Part shown: one piece after another, positions 60,047-64,000 of the stretch
How the letters are laid out: the number at the start of each line of letters is the position of its first letter
Numbering within the stretch: position 1 is the stretch's first letter
Assembly: GCA_945829425.1 (NCBI GenBank)
Contig: CALZUQ010000007.1
Location: 2,077-66,076 of the forward strand
Length of the DNA stretch: 64,000 bases
Reading direction: 5' to 3'
Origin: an uncultured bacterium
GTDB taxonomy: Bacteria; Bacteroidota; Bacteroidia; Bacteroidales; Bacteroidaceae
Notes under the pieces: generated by a model
The model's database searches: none
Told to the model about the DNA's origin: nothing
The model's input: the letters and a program-made list of their open reading frames with translations, nothing else
Translations under genes and position numbers: made by a program

Positions 60047-60087
60047 ATGAAAGGGAAATCTCTTTATCACCTCTCAAAGTCGCGATG

Positions 60088-61620
60088 TCACTTTTCTGTA
60101 GTAAACGGCACTACAGGAAGTCCGCGGAGGTTATGCAGACGACCTATCATGAAGTTACGGTAGCAGTAGCGTATGTTCTTTATCTCTGAAACCTCAGGAC
60201 AAATGAGGGTGAGGAAACAGCCTTGGCGTTTCACGTTCTGCCATGCCGATGACGACCATACTACAGCTTTATGCCATGTGCCGTCAGGACCCTGTGCCTC
60301 AAAGCCTTCTATACCGCTCATGCGGTCGAAGCCGTCGTTGCTGTTGGTGAAATACATCCTTACCACCTTGTCAGCCTTGCCGTGGTTGTTTTCCACCGCT
60401 GTTCCTGCAATGACAACCTTGTCGCCGTCATTAGCGTCCACAACTTCCATATACTCATACTCTGGCGCTTCGGCGGAGAGGCCCTGAACACCGTAGTCGC
60501 GGGTCAGGGCAAGGTATGCCAGTCGCTGACCTATCTCTTTCTTCTTGGCACCGTGTATCTGGTCTATCTCATGCTCATAGATAAGGTCGCTGGTACATAC
60601 ACAGCCACAGTGGTCGAGAGTGTTGGCTATGGTATGCTGTGCCGCACGAAGCTCTGCACCCCATGTGCCTTGCGCATCGCCATAGCGGTAAGGTGGCAGC
60701 TCGACGGTATATATTGGAAGGTTATCGCCTGGCTGGTTCCACATCTTTCGCCACAGCTTGGTCATTGTCGTGAAACGTTGTATATACTCTTCCGCCCTGC
60801 CTACGTTCGACTCCCCTTGGTTCCAGAGGAAGCCTTTTATGGTATATCCCGCCAAAGGAGCAAGCATACCGTTGAACATGACCATCTTACGGTGGTAGTC
60901 AGCGTCGGAGGTAGGTGTCAGACCGTCATGGTAAGTCAGGAGCGTGTCCTTCGGCAGCCAGCCTTCAACACACGAGCCTCCCCATGCGCAGCTTATAATA
61001 CCTACAGGGACATTCAACGCATCGACAAGCGTGGTGGCAAAGAAATATCCGCAGGCAGTGAAGCGTGCAGTGTTTGCTGGCTCTGCCTTCTCCCATTTTC
61101 CGCCTACCCTGTCCTGTACGGTCTCTGTCCCTACTTTCGGCACAGTCACCACGCGGACAGCATCAGTATAACGTGAGGAGGAGAAGATTGCTTCGTTAGC
61201 ACCCTCGGTAGGACAATTCCAGAAGCCGCCTATCGGCATCTCCATATTCGACTGTCCGGAGCAGAACCACACCTCGCCGACCAGCACGCCGTTGAGTGTT
61301 TTTTCTTCGATAACTTCGGAATTTTTCTTCGGTTTTCCTGCATACTCCCTGAGTGTTATGGTATGCTTCTCATAGCTTGCAGCAGGTGTTTCAACCTTTA
61401 CGTCCCAACGTCCAGTCTTCGGAGTTTCTACGGTATATACTTTTCCGTTCCAACTTGTGGTGACTTCTACATAATGTCCTTTAGCAGCCCAGCCCCAGAG
61501 TTTTGCCTCTGTCTGTTGCTGCAGCACCATATCGTCGCCGATAATCTCCGGCAGTTCAAAAGCTTGTGCAAAACTTGTCGCGAGAAGTGTCGCAACGAGT
61601 GAAAAAATCTTCTTTGTCAT
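60088..61620 (-). CDS. SGNH-type sialate O-acetylesterase-like carbohydrate esterase
   Basis: GDDMVLQQ, CSGQSNME, WNQGESN, DQIH. Confidence 0.9.
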   Translation of the reverse strand: MTKKIFSLVATLLATSFAQAFELPEIIGDDMVLQQQTEAKLWGWAAKGHYVEVTTSWNGKVYTVETPKTGRWDVKVETPAASYEKHTITLREYAGKPKKNSEVIEEKTLNGVLVGEVWFCSGQSNMEMPIGGFWNCPTEGANEAIFSSSRYTDAVRVVTVPKVGTETVQDRVGGKWEKAEPANTARFTACGYFFATTLVDALNVPVGIISCAWGGSCVEGWLPKDTLLTYHDGLTPTSDADYHRKMVMFNGMLAPLAGYTIKGFLWNQGESNVGRAEEYIQRFTTMTKLWRKMWNQPGDNLPIYTVELPPYRYGDAQGTWGAELRAAQHTIANTLDHCGCVCTSDLIYEHEIDQIHGAKKKEIGQRLAYLALTRDYGVQGLSAEAPEYEYMEVVDANDGDKVVIAGTAVENNHGKADKVVRMYFTNSNDGFDRMSGIEGFEAQGPDGTWHKAVVWSSSAWQNVKRQGCFLTLICPEVSEIKNIRYCYRNFMIGRLHNLRGLPVVPFTTEK

Positions 61621-61644
61621 GATTTAGTTAGTTTTTATTGAGTG

Positions 61645-61652
61645 CAAAGTTA
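61645..61652 (-). promoter_or_regulatory. -7 element for the SGNH esterase gene
   Basis: TAACTTTG on the minus strand ~25 nt upstream of the ATG. Confidence 0.65.
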
Positions 61653-61987
61653 TAACAATTCCACACATGGCAATTGTATTATTTTGCCATATCATAATAC
61701 TATCTTTTTCAGTTTCAAAATTCTCATAAAAAGTCTCTTTTACACCGTATTACATCAAAACCTAAAGTATATGGTTCAGATAAAAAAGTATTATCTGCAA
61801 CCGTCAGTATATGATGATTGCAGATAACGACAGGCTTATGCAAATCTTTTATAAGCATGTAAATATTATATGGTGGGGGCTATTATTTCCCACGATATGT
61901 ATAAGTAAGTGCGTATCGCTGCAATGAGACGAACAGACATATTCACATAGCCCCACTGATCCACATTACGGCATCATACGAGCTCAC

Positions 61988-62863
61988 CTATACTATAACA
62001 TGCTTCTTATGATAGTTATCGCGGAACTCCGTAGGTGTACATCCCCTTCTTTTCTTGAAGATGCGGTTGAAATTAGATATATTATTGAAACCGCAGCGGT
62101 AGCAGATTTCCACAACGGCCATGGTGCTGTCAGCAAGCATACGTGCGGCATGGCCTAAGCGCACGTCGATGATATACTCTGAGATGCTCTTCCCGGTGCG
62201 CAGCTTGAAGAAACGGCTGAAAGCCGTAGGTGTCATAGAGGCGAGCTCGGAGAGTTCCGGCAGCCTTATTTCCTCCTTATAGTTCTTATCAATATACTCC
62301 TTTACTTTCTGCACCCTTCGGCTGTCCACAGCCACAATGGTGTGTGAGAATGCGCTTGTCGATAGGAGGTGGTAGTCGTCAGTCAGCGACAACTCATACA
62401 TCAGCTCAAAAAATTTTACTACGCTATAAAAGCCCGGCTCCATATTTACCAGTTCGTTGATACGGTCATAGACGTGCATGATAGCTTTCATGCCGAAAGC
62501 TACTCCTACCTCAGAGCGTTTCATAAGTTCCGCAAGCGACTGCATGTGGGTTTTTCCGAGAAGTTGGGGCGAGAAGAGGTCTTTTGAGAAATGTATCGTA
62601 ATCTCTCGTATGTCGTCCGACGTACATTCATACTGTTCCCATGTATGCTCAAGGTTTCCGCCCATGAGTACAAGGTCATAATTACCGAGCACTTCGATGT
62701 TATCGCCGATAATCCTTCTGTTGCCATGGCAGTTCTCCACGAAGTTTATTTCCATCTCCGAATGTCTGTGAAGAGGATAGGTATGCTGTTTCTTGTGTCT
62801 TTCCACAAGGTGATAGCAGTCTCTTTCCGTGAGGCGTGTTATCTCAGATATCACATTATTCAT
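61988..62863 (-). CDS. AraC-family transcriptional regulator
   Basis: Cupin N-terminus (HRHSEMEINFV); C-terminal FSRFFK..GKS.SEYI..VRL..A..L, CGFNNISNFNRIFKK. Confidence 0.96.
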   Translation of the reverse strand: MNNVISEITRLTERDCYHLVERHKKQHTYPLHRHSEMEINFVENCHGNRRIIGDNIEVLGNYDLVLMGGNLEHTWEQYECTSDDIREITIHFSKDLFSPQLLGKTHMQSLAELMKRSEVGVAFGMKAIMHVYDRINELVNMEPGFYSVVKFFELMYELSLTDDYHLLSTSAFSHTIVAVDSRRVQKVKEYIDKNYKEEIRLPELSELASMTPTAFSRFFKLRTGKSISEYIIDVRLGHAARMLADSTMAVVEICYRCGFNNISNFNRIFKKRRGCTPTEFRDNYHKKHVIV

Positions 62864-62909
62864 ATTAGGTATTGTTTGTTAGTTTTTTCTTACTGTTAAA
62901 GAGTCACGA

Positions 62910-63003
62910 AAGTCACGCCCTTGTCCGTTACTGTTTTGAATGGTTATGGAATCACTCCCTTGCTCGTTAGTTCCTTGACAGGACAATGGAAGTCACGCCC
63001 TTG
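62910..63003. repeat. 40-bp-period direct repeats across the GH2 3' end and AraC upstream region
   Basis: aagtcacgcccttg (62910), aatcactcccttg (62950), aagtcacgcccttg (62990). Confidence 0.8.
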
Positions 63004-64000
63004 TTTTTCCTCTCTTTTTTCGATGAAAGCGCATTTTCATGCTCTCCTTCCTCGTTCTTCTGTGGAGCGAGCGAAGCCGAGAGCCTTACCACACCGTCCT
63101 TACCCGTTGAGGATATTATCACCTGTGCGCAACCGTTGAAAGCGGGTATTTTTACCTTTTTCGTCTCTCCGTCAATAGGCTGCTCATTTCCACGGAATGC
63201 CGGGTCGCCATTGCCGAAGCCTAGCACTTCTGCCGGTCCTTCTACTGTGAGGTATATGTCCTGACAAGCGTCCGGCACCAGAAGCCCTTTCTTGTCCGTC
63301 AGCATAAGGTCTACTACTGTAACATCACCTTTGCGGGCATTATGTGCGTTTTCATGCGCTTTCATCGCTATTTTCTCTGCTTCTCCCGTTGTCTTCACCT
63401 CTGCCGTCATGCGTTTTCCGTTGCGGTAGCCTACAGCCTTCAAGCTTCCGGGCATGTAGATTGTCTCCCATTCTATATGTCCGTAGCGTGGCATGGTTTT
63501 CCTACCTAATGTCTTGCCGTTATGATACAGCTCCACCTCGTCGCAGTTGGAGTACACCCATACCTTTACTTTCTCCCCCTCATGCCCCTTGAGATTCCAA
63601 TGCGGCAGGATATGCAACACAGGCTCTTCCGTCCACCAAGCCTTGAGATAGTACGCCTCGTCCTTCGGGAACCCGCAGTAGTCGAGTATTCCGAACTGCG
63701 AGCCGGTAGCAGGGAATGTCAGAGGGTTTGGCTCACCACGGTAGTCGAAGCCCGTCCAGAAGAAGCAACCGGCAGCCCACGGACGCTCGGCATAGAAACG
63801 CCAGCCACGCTCAATCCTGTTATATGTACCGTCTTTCTCGTCAGCTATACGGTTAAGGGCAGGCATCCAACGTCCCTCAGGGTCAGCGTAATACACGCCT
63901 CGTGTGCCGCAACCGGAAGTCTCCTCCGAGCCGTAGCATTTCCTCTCAGGGTATTTTTTCCTATGTTCATCAACTGGGTTCTGCATGATGTAGTTATACC
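62967..64000 (-). CDS. GH2 glycosidase (beta-galactosidase-like), 5'-truncated by the window edge
   Basis: GYNY, YGSEE, FFWTGFDYRGEP, GILDYCGFPKD, VYSNCDEVEL, GNGDP; frame open to position 64000. Confidence 0.93.
   Translation of the reverse strand, partial: YNYIMQNPVDEHRKKYPERKCYGSEETSGCGTRGVYYADPEGRWMPALNRIADEKDGTYNRIERGWRFYAERPWAAGCFFWTGFDYRGEPNPLTFPATGSQFGILDYCGFPKDEAYYLKAWWTEEPVLHILPHWNLKGHEGEKVKVWVYSNCDEVELYHNGKTLGRKTMPRYGHIEWETIYMPGSLKAVGYRNGKRMTAEVKTTGEAEKIAMKAHENAHNARKGDVTVVDLMLTDKKGLLVPDACQDIYLTVEGPAEVLGFGNGDPAFRGNEQPIDGETKKVKIPAFNGCAQVIISSTGKDGVVRLSASLAPQKNEEGEHENALSSKKERKNKGVTSIVLSRN

Noticed and set aside
1-64000. rRNA, tRNA, riboswitches, prophage or transposase genes
   Set aside because: None recognised by eye; a covariance-model scan (Infernal/tRNAscan) would be needed to exclude them formally.

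Overview
A 64-kb chromosomal window from a Bacteroidales bacterium. Protein content and TAnnTTTG-type promoters point to Prevotellaceae. All family calls come from motif recognition, not database searches. Left part: rpsL, a DUF3467-like gene and a long RluA. These are followed by a compact promoter-sRNA-terminator unit whose core is antisense to an AT-rich translation-start context, an isolated SusC/SusD pair, priA (with an in-frame 30-bp repeat insert), a TlpA, a PL10-CE8 pectinase fusion, an Xaa-Pro aminopeptidase broken by one in-frame TAA, mdh and a gamma-carbonic-anhydrase-like gene. Middle: tsaB-DUF4290-murA-rimM-dxr-rseP (minus strand), divergent from yicC-gmk-nadD. Next comes an envelope-modification cluster (EptA-like transferase, two acyltransferase-3 proteins, a UbiA/DPPR-synthase-like protein, a HAD phosphatase) and three further genes. 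Right 25 kb (minus strand): a beta-mannan/glucomannan/beta-glucan PUL (GH2, AraC, SGNH esterase, GH5, CE7, GH94, GH9, SusC, SusD, two surface lipoproteins, a small T9SS-CTD protein, GH26-GH5, an apparently inactive GH26). The most notable observations are four. (i) A translationally coupled pair, a small T9SS-tagged protein and a CTD-less GH26-GH5 enzyme, share a ~60-aa N-terminal module, suggesting an adaptor or piggy-back display system. (ii) A candidate sRNA may target susC start regions. (iii) A GH26 pseudo-enzyme lipoprotein lies next to an un-annotated orphan T9SS-CTD remnant. (iv) Many phased 17-40-bp intergenic tandem arrays are present. No rRNA, tRNA, CRISPR array or transposase was recognised.
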